From the NCBI GenBank assembly GCA_963782525.1, contig CAWAKC010000001.1:384001-448000 (forward strand): a stretch of DNA of 64,000 nt. The letters run 5' to 3'. The DNA comes from Candidatus Bathyarchaeota archaeon (GTDB lineage Archaea; Thermoproteota; Bathyarchaeia; Bathyarchaeales; Bathycorpusculaceae). How positions within the stretch are numbered: the first letter of the stretch is position 1; every line of letters begins with the position of its first letter. The notes beneath the pieces are model-generated. The model ran no database searches and was not told the origin of the DNA. It saw nothing but the letters and a program-made list of their open reading frames with translations. Positions 9,988 to 20,150 of the stretch are shown here, one piece after another. Position numbers and translations under genes: made by a program.

Positions 9988-11040
9988 TCACGCTGGATGG
10001 AACCCAGTGCTCTTAAGGCCTGTGGTTTCGTCAATTCCCATAAGTAGGTTAAGGCATTGGACACCTTGTCCTGCAGCTCCTTTAGTCATATTGTCGATAG
10101 CTGAGAACATTATTAGGCGGTTAGCGTGTTCGTCTATTTCGAAGCCGACATCACAGAAGTTTGTGCCCATGACAATCTTGGGGTCAGGCAGCTGATATGG
10201 TCCCTTCTGATACTTAACTAAGCGCACGAAAGGTTCGGTGCCGTACATGCCGCGGAGAGCTTTCCAGAGGTCTTTGCTGGTGATGGGTTGCTTGGGGAAT
10301 GCATAGATGGTTGCGAGGATGCCGCGTACCATGTTGACGGCGTGTGGTGTGAAGCCGATTTTGACTGGTTCACTAGCGAGCGCGGTGAGTTCTTGTTCGA
10401 CCTCTGCTGTGTGCCGGTGCCCTGTGACTTGGTAGGGACGGACGCCGCTAAAGCGTTCAGGGTGATGTGAAGCCGGAGTTGGTTTGCTACCGCCGCCTGA
10501 AGAACCGACTTTGAGGTCAACGATGATTTTGTTGTTATCAATTAAGCCTGCTTTCACTATGGGAGCTAAGCCGAGGATTGCTGATGTTGCCATGCAGCCG
10601 GGGCAAGCCACGAGTTTGGCTTTTTTGATTTCTTCCCGATGGAGTTCTGGCAAACCGTAGGCGGCATCTTTGAGCATTTCTGGGTGTGCATGTTTCCAGC
10701 CGTAGTAGGAGTCGTAGTCAGCGGGGTTTTTGAGGCGAAAATCCGCGCTCATGTCGATTACTTTCAAGCCTACCTCCAAAAGCTTGGGGACAAGGTTAAC
10801 TGAGCCACCGTGTGGTGTAGCTGTGAAGACTAAGTCGCAGTCCTTCTGGAGTTCAGCCATGTCTTGGGGAACAAATTTTAGCTGAGTTAAGCCTCTCAGG
10901 TTTGGGTGTACGTTGAAGATGTATTCTCCTGCGCTCTGCCGTGAAGTAACCATTGTTACCTCCACCTCTGGGTGCATAAGCAGCAGTCTCAACAGTTCAC
11001 TGCCAACGTATCCTGAACCACCGATTATTCCAATTCTCAT
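9988..11040 (-). CDS. lysY: [LysW]-aminoadipyl/glutamyl-phosphate reductase (ArgC family)
   Basis: GGSGYVG, DMSADFR, PGC catalytic Cys, DNMTKGAAGQ. Confidence 0.94.
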   Translation of the reverse strand: MRIGIIGGSGYVGSELLRLLLMHPEVEVTMVTSRQSAGEYIFNVHPNLRGLTQLKFVPQDMAELQKDCDLVFTATPHGGSVNLVPKLLEVGLKVIDMSADFRLKNPADYDSYYGWKHAHPEMLKDAAYGLPELHREEIKKAKLVACPGCMATSAILGLAPIVKAGLIDNNKIIVDLKVGSSGGGSKPTPASHHPERFSGVRPYQVTGHRHTAEVEQELTALASEPVKIGFTPHAVNMVRGILATIYAFPKQPITSKDLWKALRGMYGTEPFVRLVKYQKGPYQLPDPKIVMGTNFCDVGFEIDEHANRLIMFSAIDNMTKGAAGQGVQCLNLLMGIDETTGLKSTGFHPA

Positions 11041-11064
11041 TCTTTTTTCCTCTTTATGATTTGA

Positions 11065-12261
11065 TTAATGGTCAATTAGACTTTCTGCAGCCTTGAGCAG
11101 GGGAATTGCCACGTTTAAGCCAGTTGCGAGTCTTGTGTTCTCCCAGAATTCTGGGCAAGAGTTCGACTCATGAAACACCAGGGCGCTCTGGTTTTTTTCT
11201 AAGCTTTCTTCAATTATATTTTTTATGTTTTCGTATGCTTCTGTGTTCTTGTATCCTTCAAAAGCTTTTTCGAGTTTGCCGGTCCACGCTTCAAATTGGG
11301 TTAGGCGGGTTTCGTCTGCCTTAACTTTCTGGACTGGAACGAACGCTTGAGCAGCCTTATCCAACTCACCCTTCAAATAAGAGTCGTCGGCATTCTTGTT
11401 TTCTTTAACATTTACCATTGCATCCAACGCGAAAATCCATGCATCGCTGCCTTTGCCAAGGGTTTCGCCGCATTTTACCGCCAACTCCTGAATACTCAAA
11501 GGCAGTTTAGCGTGAAAAACTAAGTTGCCAAGGAATGTGTTGGTGCGAAAATCTTTGAAGCCCGCACGTGCCATTGAGGTGTGGTAGCAAACGGGCTGTT
11601 TGCTTTTTTCTTTGGAAACGATTATGCGTAAGTCGTAAAACCACTTCTGTACAAGTTCCTGAGCAACAACGCCGATTGGGTTGATTATGGATGGCTTTGT
11701 CTCTTTGATGCTGGCTTCTAGTTCCTCCCTGTTTTGAGAGAGCATAATCATTTTTCCGTGAGTACCGGCATCTGCTTTGATGACTATGCCTTCCTCGAGT
11801 GGGATATCTTGCTCGAAGAGATCGGCGATGTCTTTTTCGTTGTGGATTTCTTTTCCATTCTTGAGCATATCCGTCGAGTCGCATGGAACGAAGACGGTTT
11901 TTGGAATTGGGATGCCTTCTCTGTGTAAGTTCAATAGGGTGCGGAGTTTGCTGTAGCAGACAAATTCAACTTGGGAGGTGTTGAGGGTTTTTTTGCCTAG
12001 CATCTCCATGTAGTATGAGGCTTGGAGACGCCGGTTTTTACTTTGGGCACGATTAAGAACAACTTTGGTATTCTCGATAATGCCCGTATAGTCTTTGCCC
12101 TTAGTTTTAGCACTAAAACCATCCTTGGAGATCGCTAATACAATTTTTCGAAAAGGAATAAATGTTAATTCTATACCAAGTTGCTGAGCGGTGAGTTTTA
12201 TGCCGTTTTCGTCGTTTTCCGAGCGTTCATACAAAAGTGCAATGCTCAACGCTCTCAACAT
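11065..12261 (-). CDS. lysX: Divergent LysX/ArgX (RimK-family ATP-grasp) LysW ligase with a large insertion
   Basis: GIPIPKT, IK...GTHG, QE...DLR, FRTNT..G and ESNSCPEF; sits between lysW and lysY. Confidence 0.75.
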   Translation of the reverse strand: MLRALSIALLYERSENDENGIKLTAQQLGIELTFIPFRKIVLAISKDGFSAKTKGKDYTGIIENTKVVLNRAQSKNRRLQASYYMEMLGKKTLNTSQVEFVCYSKLRTLLNLHREGIPIPKTVFVPCDSTDMLKNGKEIHNEKDIADLFEQDIPLEEGIVIKADAGTHGKMIMLSQNREELEASIKETKPSIINPIGVVAQELVQKWFYDLRIIVSKEKSKQPVCYHTSMARAGFKDFRTNTFLGNLVFHAKLPLSIQELAVKCGETLGKGSDAWIFALDAMVNVKENKNADDSYLKGELDKAAQAFVPVQKVKADETRLTQFEAWTGKLEKAFEGYKNTEAYENIKNIIEESLEKNQSALVFHESNSCPEFWENTRLATGLNVAIPLLKAAESLIDH

Positions 12262-12330
12262 CCATCAGAAAATAATTCCTTAAAAAGGTGATTTAACGTA
12301 AGAAAACATGACTTTGTTGGAAGATACTGT

Positions 12331-12537
12331 TTATTCGCCCCAGTCTTCCCCTTCAATTGTCAACTCTTGAAGGTCAACGCAGCCACAGTTAATCTGCTTA
12401 ACTTCAAGTTCGAGTCCGCAGCCTGGGCAGCTTACGATTTCGCCTTTTTCGGTGTCTGCGGGTACGTCAAGCTCTGCGTCGCAGTCTGGGCATTTTGCTT
12501 TTACGTTCGATTGATTTGAGTTTATGGGTTTAATCAT
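12331..12537 (-). CDS. lysW: Amino-group carrier protein LysW
   Basis: CPDC and CPGCG zinc ribbon plus C-terminal EDWGE. Confidence 0.95.
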   Translation of the reverse strand: MIKPINSNQSNVKAKCPDCDAELDVPADTEKGEIVSCPGCGLELEVKQINCGCVDLQELTIEGEDWGE

Positions 12538-12785
12538 TTCTTATTCGTCACTTTTTATTTTTTTGGAAATGTCTTTCTGATAAATTCGGCTATCTTTTTA
12601 AACATTGCGACTAATTTGTTACAACTTGGACTTTTAATGTTCCAATTGATGCAACTTTTTTTCGTCCATAACACCTATAAAAACGTAACAGAATGATACT
12701 GATACAACGGAATCCGCATTGTCCATTAAAAAAAATAATGGAAAACGTTAAATTTTTCTACGCCATTAGAAACTCGGCTGAAAAA

Positions 12786-13196
12786 ATGGACGAAAAAGAC
12801 AGGCAAATCATCAAAATCCTCAAAGACGACGCAAGAGCAGGCTACGGCGACATCGGCTCCAAAGTAGACCTATCCGAAGGCGCAGTCCGCAAAAGAATCA
12901 AAACATTAACCGACGAAAACATCATCAAAAAATTCACCGTTAAAGTCGGCGTGGCAGAAGGCGCCCAAGCAATAACACTGCTCGCCACCAACCCAGCATA
13001 CCCAACTCAAGAAGTCTCAAAAAAAATCCAAGCCATCCCCAACGTCGAAACCGTCTACGAAGTCACAGGCGAATACGACATAGTAGCAGTCATAAGTGGC
13101 ATGAACGTCACAGAAGTCAACGAATGCATCGAAAAAATCCGGCGAGTCGAAGGCATCATGAAAACCAACACAATGATAGTCCTAAGAAGTTCATAA
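12786..13196 (+). CDS. Lrp/AsnC-family regulator (LysM-like), divergent from the lys operon
   Basis: MDEKDRQII...LSEGAVRKRI HTH and RAM domain VYEVTGEYD; ATG at 12786 taken as start. Confidence 0.9.
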   Translation: MDEKDRQIIKILKDDARAGYGDIGSKVDLSEGAVRKRIKTLTDENIIKKFTVKVGVAEGAQAITLLATNPAYPTQEVSKKIQAIPNVETVYEVTGEYDIVAVISGMNVTEVNECIEKIRRVEGIMKTNTMIVLRSS

Positions 13197-13849
13197 AAAA
13201 TCAAATCATTGGATAGCGCATACTATAACTAGAATAAAGCGTACTTCATTAAAGAAGGACGAGAAGAATAATGCTATACAAGTTCTATCATCACATAGTA
13301 TACTCAAAAGGTTTAGAGATCGCGTTAAATATTTTTGCTGTAAATCAAAATTAGGTGTATTTGAATTGGAAAAATTTGTCGAGTAAATGACTTACATCAA
13401 GACTGAGAATTTAAATTTTAAGTCAAAACTAAAATACAGAATATTATGGGCCCTAACATTAGTTTAGTATCCTAAAACCTGTTCCATTATTTTTTTGTTA
13501 AATCCAAAATTGTCTTGTTGTTCTCCGGGTATCTAACGCGGTTGACGCACGAATTAAACAGGCTTGTTCTATCAGCGGTTTTAGCGTTAAACCATCATTT
13601 CAAGAGCTTTTAGCTATTTACGGAGAAATTTTGCTCGTTCTCAAGCGAGTAGCGATGCTAAAAGTGCGAAAAATTCGGATATTGATGCTTTTGATAAGCG
13701 AGACATTGATTCCTTTATACTTTTTTGAAATTGATAGTCTAATAAAATCTTAATATGCTTTATACGTTCCAATTTTTTGAAACTGCATAATCATTAAAAA
13801 TCAACTTGTTAGCGTCTTAACTTATTTTTAAAGGAAAGTCTTTTATTTC

Positions 13850-16633
13850 TTGGTCATCGAAGGGTACATAAGACCTCTTGAGAATTGCGGTGCTTCTTTG
13901 TCTACAAATGAAGAAAATGGTAGTGCGCAAGCGATTGCCAAACGAAAGAAAGCCCAAGAAGAACTTGACCTATCATATCAAGCTATTTTACTTTCAAAGG
14001 TTCATGAAGCTGTTTTGGGTTTAGACGAAAAGGAAACTATCCTCTACTGGAACAAAGGCGCTGAGGAACTTTTCGGTTATAAAGCTTCAGAGGTTATTGG
14101 CAAGAATAGCAAACTTTTACTTCAAACAAAAATCGATGAAGCTTCAACTCAAGAAGAGATAGGAAAACTAATCAGCACAGGTAAATGGAAGGGTCAGGCA
14201 AGTTATCGACGCAAAGACGGCACATTTATTATAACAGAATTTAGCGCATCCACAACAAGAGATACAGAAGGCAAAACTACCGGAATTATAACGGCGATAC
14301 GAGACATAACTGAGCGTAAAAAAGCTGAAGACGCATTGCGTTTAAGTGAGGAGCGCTTTTCTAAAGCATTTAATTTAAGTCCATTTGCTGTGATTATGAC
14401 TCGTCTTAGTGATGGAACGTACGTTGATGTAAACGACACTTTTCTGAAAATGTTTGAGTATACACGAAGTGAAGTAATTGGTCATACAGCGAATGAACTA
14501 AAAATCTACGCAAAGCCTGACGGAAGAGCAGCATATTTGGCTGCTTTTAAAAATGGGCGTGTTTCAGATTTTGAGGTAGATTTGAAGACAAAATCTGGCA
14601 AACCGCTTAAGGCGTTGGGTTTTGCAGAAATAATTAATCTTAACGGTCAAGACCTTACTTTTGGTACGCTTGTTGATGTTACTGAACGCAAGAAAGCTGA
14701 AGAAGCATTAAGGCTCAGAGAGGCTCATTATCGTACGCTTTTTAGCAGTATTGGTGAAGGGTTCGAATTAATGGAATTGATTTTTGACGAAAATAAGGCT
14801 GTTTATGATTTGCGGTATCTGGAAGTGAACGATACTTATGAAAAGCAGACAGGTCTTAAAGCGAAGGATGTTGTAGGGAAAACAGTGAAAGAGATTTTTC
14901 CAAAGATTGAAGGTATGTGGATTGAAGTTTTTGAGAAAGTGATTAAAACTGGACTGCCTACAAGGCTTGAAGATTACCATCAAGACACTGACAGATATTA
15001 TAGTGCATATTATTTCCCATTTGGTAAAAAAGAAGTTGGCGTACTTTTTAACGACGTAACTGAGCGCAAGAAAGCTGAAGAAAAAGTAAATCAGAGCATG
15101 AAAACGTTTCTTGAACTGATTGAGCGAGCTCCTTTTGGTATTTATGTTATCAATTCTGAGTTCCGTATAGCGCATATGAACAAAGGTTCACAGAATGGAG
15201 CCTTCCGCAATGTGCGACCGCTAATCGGACGTGACTTTTCTGAGGCTATGCATATTCTCTGGCCTGAGGCAACCGCTTCAGAAATTATCTCCCATTTCCG
15301 TCATACTCTCGAAACTGGTGAACCATATTATTCGCCTCAATTTATTAATCCACGTCATGACGTTGAAATCGTTGAATCTTACGAGTGGGAGCTCCAACGC
15401 ATTCGGCTTCCAGAGGGGCAGTACGGTGTGATTTGTTATTACTTCGATTCGACAAAAATGCGAGATACAGAAAGAGTGCTCTACGAAGCACAGGCTAAAC
15501 TAAAGGAATACTCAGCAAATCTTGAACGGCTTGTTCAAGAGCGAACTAAGAAACTTGAACTTAGCTCGTTATATTCTAGAAATCTCATTGAGGCAAGTCT
15601 TGACCCGCTAGTTACCATCAGCGCCAATGGCAAAATTACTGACGTGAACAAAGCCACTGAACAAGTCACAGGTTGCTCTAAAAAGCAGTTAATTGGAAGC
15701 GACTTCTCGGAGTACTTTACTGAACCTGAAAAAGCTAAGGTTGGGTATAAGCGAGTTTTCGCGCAGGGTTTTGTGAGAGATTATCCGTTAGCGATTAAGG
15801 GTAAATCTGGAAAAGTCACTGAAGTATTGTATAATGCTACAGTTTACAGAAATAATGCAGGCGAAATTCAGGGTGTTTTTGCGGCTGCAAGAGATATTAC
15901 TGAACAAAAGAAGGCAGAGGAAGAGGCTAAGGAAGCAGAAAAGAAATTAAAAGATTCCGAACGCTTAGCTGCCATAGGCGCTACTGCGGGTATGGTTGGG
16001 CATGACATACGTAATCCTTTGCAAGCGATTACTAGTGATGTGTACTTAGCCAAGACAGATTTGGCTTCGATTCCGGAAAGTGAAGAGAAAAAGAGTGCAT
16101 TAGAAAGCCTGCAAGAGATTGAAAAGAACGTTGATTACATTAACAAAATCGTACAGGACCTGCAAGACTACGCCAGACCTCTCAATCCTAATCCAGGAGA
16201 AGCTGACTTAAAACTAGTTATCGAAAAGTTGCTAAGTAAAAACGGTTTACCAAAAAATATTAGAGTAAACGTTGCGGTTGAAGACGATGCTAAGACATTA
16301 GTTGCTGACGCTGATTACCTCAATCGTATTCTTTACAATTTAGTTACTAATTCTGTTCAAGCGATGCCAAATGGGGGTAAACTAACAATTCATGTCTACA
16401 AAGAAGCAAACGATTTTGTAATAACAGTTAAAGATACAGGTATGGGCATTCCTAAAGCTATCCAGAGCAAAATGTTCACACCAATGTTTACAACAAAATC
16501 AAAAGGGCAAGGTTTCGGTTTGCCAGTGGTTAAGCGCATGACTGAATCGCTGGGTGGCACAGTGAGTTTTGAGAGCGAAGAAGGCAAAGGAACAACATTC
16601 ACCATACGTTTGCCTCAAACTATTAAGAATTAA
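13850..16633 (+). CDS. Multi-PAS sensor histidine kinase
   Basis: Several PAS/PAC repeats ending in DITERKKAE; H-box GHDIRNPL, N-box NLVTNS, DTGMG, FTTK and GFGL. Confidence 0.93.
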   Translation: MVIEGYIRPLENCGASLSTNEENGSAQAIAKRKKAQEELDLSYQAILLSKVHEAVLGLDEKETILYWNKGAEELFGYKASEVIGKNSKLLLQTKIDEASTQEEIGKLISTGKWKGQASYRRKDGTFIITEFSASTTRDTEGKTTGIITAIRDITERKKAEDALRLSEERFSKAFNLSPFAVIMTRLSDGTYVDVNDTFLKMFEYTRSEVIGHTANELKIYAKPDGRAAYLAAFKNGRVSDFEVDLKTKSGKPLKALGFAEIINLNGQDLTFGTLVDVTERKKAEEALRLREAHYRTLFSSIGEGFELMELIFDENKAVYDLRYLEVNDTYEKQTGLKAKDVVGKTVKEIFPKIEGMWIEVFEKVIKTGLPTRLEDYHQDTDRYYSAYYFPFGKKEVGVLFNDVTERKKAEEKVNQSMKTFLELIERAPFGIYVINSEFRIAHMNKGSQNGAFRNVRPLIGRDFSEAMHILWPEATASEIISHFRHTLETGEPYYSPQFINPRHDVEIVESYEWELQRIRLPEGQYGVICYYFDSTKMRDTERVLYEAQAKLKEYSANLERLVQERTKKLELSSLYSRNLIEASLDPLVTISANGKITDVNKATEQVTGCSKKQLIGSDFSEYFTEPEKAKVGYKRVFAQGFVRDYPLAIKGKSGKVTEVLYNATVYRNNAGEIQGVFAAARDITEQKKAEEEAKEAEKKLKDSERLAAIGATAGMVGHDIRNPLQAITSDVYLAKTDLASIPESEEKKSALESLQEIEKNVDYINKIVQDLQDYARPLNPNPGEADLKLVIEKLLSKNGLPKNIRVNVAVEDDAKTLVADADYLNRILYNLVTNSVQAMPNGGKLTIHVYKEANDFVITVKDTGMGIPKAIQSKMFTPMFTTKSKGQGFGLPVVKRMTESLGGTVSFESEEGKGTTFTIRLPQTIKN

Positions 16634-18380
16634 TTCTTAGCGCCCGCTAAGAGTCCATTTGGACTGCGTTTAACTCTCAATAACGTACTCCAGCTAAATT
16701 GTGCCTAAAATCTTATATCTACAGATTAGCCAAGTGCTTAACTGCTAAAAGGAACGTAGATGTCTCAAAATTCAGCAATTAAGCCTGCACCATATTCTCC
16801 AACTGACACGAAAGAAACCGATTCTGTAGATATTTTCAAAGTCCTTGTAGAACATTCAAAAGTTAAGTTAGATATCAAAGAACGTGACAAAATTCCGAAT
16901 ATCGATGGTTATATGGAGTTAGTGGATAATGGCGGAAGCCCATGTGGCAAACTTGAAGCGCAAATCAAAAAACTTCCCGATGATTCAACTAAGCTACAAA
17001 TTCCACTTCATTATTCGCATATAGTGAGAGAGCAACATGCAACCCTGTCATTTTAATTGGGGTAAATACCAAAAACAAGCAAGCATTTTGGTTCCATATC
17101 AGTGGCAAAATCCTCAAAACACCAATTGAGAAACTTGCACAAGCAACTATTACAATTGACTTCTCACCTGCAAATATTATTGATGGAGTTAGTACGACTT
17201 ACTTGAGTCAATGTTAGAACATCGTAGATTCTTATATTGAATTGAAGGCTGTCAATGAAAAATATGAGTTACTTCAAACACGTTCGAATCCAATTGTTGG
17301 TCTTGAGAAAAAAGAGTTCGGCGAGATTCAGAAATTTCTTGATGAATTTAACAGTCTTCTTGATGGCAAATTTTCTATAATCAAAAAAACGCTTTATCCA
17401 AATTCGTGGAAAACAGGACTTGCCTATAACGGATATACCGATGATAGTGTCAGTTTCAGCTTGTACTCTATTCCATTCGGAAGAAATGATGTCCTAATCA
17501 AAGAAATTGATAATAAATTAAAGGACGAGATGACCGAAATTGGCTATACAAGTTATGTTTATTCAAAAGAGAATCCTGTTAGAGTTCATCCAAAGAAACT
17601 TGCAAGAGACCAAATCCAAAATAGAATGAACGAACTACTACAAGGAAAGTTATTAAAGCATGCGTCCAGTGAATTTCTTGTTCGGGAATTTGTCTTTGCC
17701 TTTATCTATAGTTTCCATATTCAAATGGGTCTAGAGAAAAAAGATTGTTATGAGCTTTTAGAAATCGAGAAAGGGTTCTACGAGTTTTTACCCTTCTGGA
17801 CAATTGAGTCAATAAACTTCATGGTTGAAACAAAAAGAAATGGTGTCATTTCTCCAGCGCACGCTCTTTTTGGGCGGTCATTTTTTGACCCTTCACTTAT
17901 TCTTGCAAGCATTATGCCAAAAGAACGTGAAACATTAGCTGAAAAAACAAAAGAGGATATTGCAAAGAAAGCACCACTATCATTCTTGCCAATTGGAAAC
18001 AGAGACCTTTCTTTCAAACTCTTTTATGAATCCATCGCCTCCTTGCGACTTCGAGGTACAAACGAAGTTAAAAGACCTTACTTGCCAAAAGACTTCTCAA
18101 GATTTGACCATATGGCAAACTGGGTATGGAATTCTTTATCGATAGAGGCTCTTCAAAAAAACCTTTCAATATTTTTTGATTGCTTGCCAGAAGCATATAG
18201 CCAAATAGTTCATTCAAACTTCGAAGAAATAAGTGAAGAGTTGCCTCTTTTTGGGGGTGCAAATCTATTTGTTATATTATTGGATGCAAGACCTGAAGTA
18301 AAGGTATTTACAGATGCTCCTACGATTGACTTCTATGCCTTTTATAACCCAGATTAGAAATTCTCTATAAAAATAATCTA

Positions 18381-19399
18381 GGGGTGTGCAGAATTTAAGC
18401 TGCTTCCCAATTATGTTCTAGTATGGAAGCCTGTGAAGTTGTCAGGCTTTTCGTCAACAAAGCAATCGTTTCTGTAGAACCCAAAAGACGCGGAAATCCA
18501 GGCTACGGACGCCTAAGAGCACTAAGAGTTCTCGTTTATGCCAGACTGAAAGGATTAGAGAACGACACACGTGTAATTGAACATCTAAAGAAGCATACGG
18601 ACGTTGCTAGAACACTTGGTTTATTCAAAGTACCCAATAGAACCACTGTTGGAAGATGGTGGAGACGCTATCTTGACGTTCTTGAAGAAACTTTTAAGAA
18701 GATATCGGCTATGCTTCAACTAGTGACACCGACCACTATTCTAATTGTTGACTCAACGCCGTTAGTGGATCTCTACGATATGGAAGCGGGCTGGGGTCAC
18801 ACGAGCCGTGGAAAATTCAGAGGTTTCAAGCTTCATGCAGCGGTAAATCAGCTGGGGTTGCCGTTGAGAGCAGTTGTTACGCCTGGTAATCGTTATGACT
18901 CGCCTTTTCTTCCCGGTCTCATTGAGGATTTGGAAGCAGAATACGTTTTGGCCGATGCGGGTTATGACTCGAAAACAAACAAAAGAGCAGCCAAGGGCAT
19001 TGAAGCTGAGCCTGTTATTGCTCCTAATCCTAGAAGGGGAAAACGCAAAAGAATCAAACATGCTAGACTCTTGGAGACTAAGCGTTATGTGGTTGAGCAG
19101 TTTAATGGGCATCTTAAAGCTAACGTTTTGAGGAATTGCTGGGTGAGGCCTAAGGGTTTGGTGAAGAAGGCGGCTATGGTGATGGCTGGCTTGATTAGTT
19201 ATGATGCTGAAGCAATACGATCGCTTATTGTTGGCGAGCAAAGTCTAAAAACGGTAAGCAAGTACTGGGCTTGACCCAACAACAAATGATCATGGAGCCC
19301 TCAAAGACACCAAATCAATGGTATTTACGGGTACGATCCCAGACTTGCTCAAAGATAACTTACCTATCGGAACTATAAAAAATGAATTGCGCACACGTC
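18381..19399 (+). mobile_element. IS5-family-like insertion sequence, about 1019 bp
   Basis: Imperfect terminal inverted repeats GGGGTGTGCAGAATTTA / GACGTGTGCGCAATTCA (12/17); flanking TA duplication at 18379-18380 and 19400-19401. Confidence 0.75.
18423..19274 (+). CDS. DDE transposase (DDE_Tnp_1, IS4/IS5 clan)
   Basis: IVDST, GFKLH, ADAGYD and RYVVEQFNG. Confidence 0.92.
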   Translation: MEACEVVRLFVNKAIVSVEPKRRGNPGYGRLRALRVLVYARLKGLENDTRVIEHLKKHTDVARTLGLFKVPNRTTVGRWWRRYLDVLEETFKKISAMLQLVTPTTILIVDSTPLVDLYDMEAGWGHTSRGKFRGFKLHAAVNQLGLPLRAVVTPGNRYDSPFLPGLIEDLEAEYVLADAGYDSKTNKRAAKGIEAEPVIAPNPRRGKRKRIKHARLLETKRYVVEQFNGHLKANVLRNCWVRPKGLVKKAAMVMAGLISYDAEAIRSLIVGEQSLKTVSKYWA

Positions 19400-19719
19400 T
19401 AAATAATCAATAAGAAAGAAGCGACACCTCCATTTTCGGATTTGTCTTTTAGGCAATACCGTAAAGAGGTAATGATTGATGACAAATCGTGGCTCATGGT
19501 TGCGGCGTTTTCGTCAATATTAGACTTCGTTTTTGACGATACCCCAATGCTGGACGTTATCTATAAACAAGTTAAAGGCAATTTAGACAGTTATTTCAAC
19601 AAACTTTAAAAAACTTGGCAGTTCGCCAAATTGGTCTACATTTTTGGGCGGTATTAATTTTTAGCCACAGACTGACCTATATTCACAAAATAACATATGT
19701 TGTGCATGAGGTCTGCACG

Positions 19720-19965
19720 GTGACCACACAAATAAATACAATAGAATTGAACCCTGAATTGACCAATTTAGCCTATGAGATGGGTTTGAACATTCCAAAG
19801 ACGTGTGAAAACGCCTTAAAAGAAGCAATAAGGCGACTAAAAGGCTCAGATTTGGATTTTGCTAGCGTTCGCAACGCGGGGTCCGCGATAGTTAAAATTT
19901 ATCGAACTAAGCCCATGTTAATTTGTTGTCTTATATGCGTGTTATGCGTGTCGTCTGAAACATGA
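19720..19965 (+). CDS. CcdA-like antitoxin / RHH protein, possibly degenerate
   Basis: TIELNPELTNLAYEMGLNIPKTCENALKEAIRRL resembles CcdA-family LNxS..E..L; GTG start inferred. Confidence 0.5.
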   Translation: MTTQINTIELNPELTNLAYEMGLNIPKTCENALKEAIRRLKGSDLDFASVRNAGSAIVKIYRTKPMLICCLICVLCVSSET

Positions 19966-20150
19966 GCGCATATGCGTAAGAGCATAAGAGTATATACGTA
20001 ATAGATAAAACGTGGATGTTTAGGTGTTATTGGTGTTTTTTTTGGCTCATTATCTTAACTTCCTTATGAATTTAGAAGTAGCATCCTTAAGATGATAGTC
20101 TATTTGGTTGTTTTCAAGTCATTAACTGCTAAAAATTGGTTGCCGAGCGG

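Larger units (their letters stand above)
16760..19609 (+). pseudogene. DUF4365-like (PD-(D/E)XK N-terminal domain) protein, disrupted
   Basis: PNIDGYMELV...AQIK and PVILIGV...AFW motifs; frameshift near 17008, in-frame TAG at 17215 and 18355, IS insertion at 18380; frame resumes at 19402-19609. Confidence 0.7.

Noticed and set aside
12626-12646. Imperfect inverted repeat TTGGAC...GTTCCAA as the Lrp/LysM operator
   Set aside because: The position is plausible, but the match is too weak to call without comparative data
14300-15920. Repeated GA(C/T)...ACTGA.CG.AAGAAAGCTGAAGA segments
   Set aside because: These encode the ordinary DITERKKAEE linkers of PAS/PAC repeats
17215-18357. In-frame TAG codons as pyrrolysine or recoding
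   Set aside because: The same gene also has a frameshift and an IS insertion, and TAG terminates normal genes elsewhere in the window
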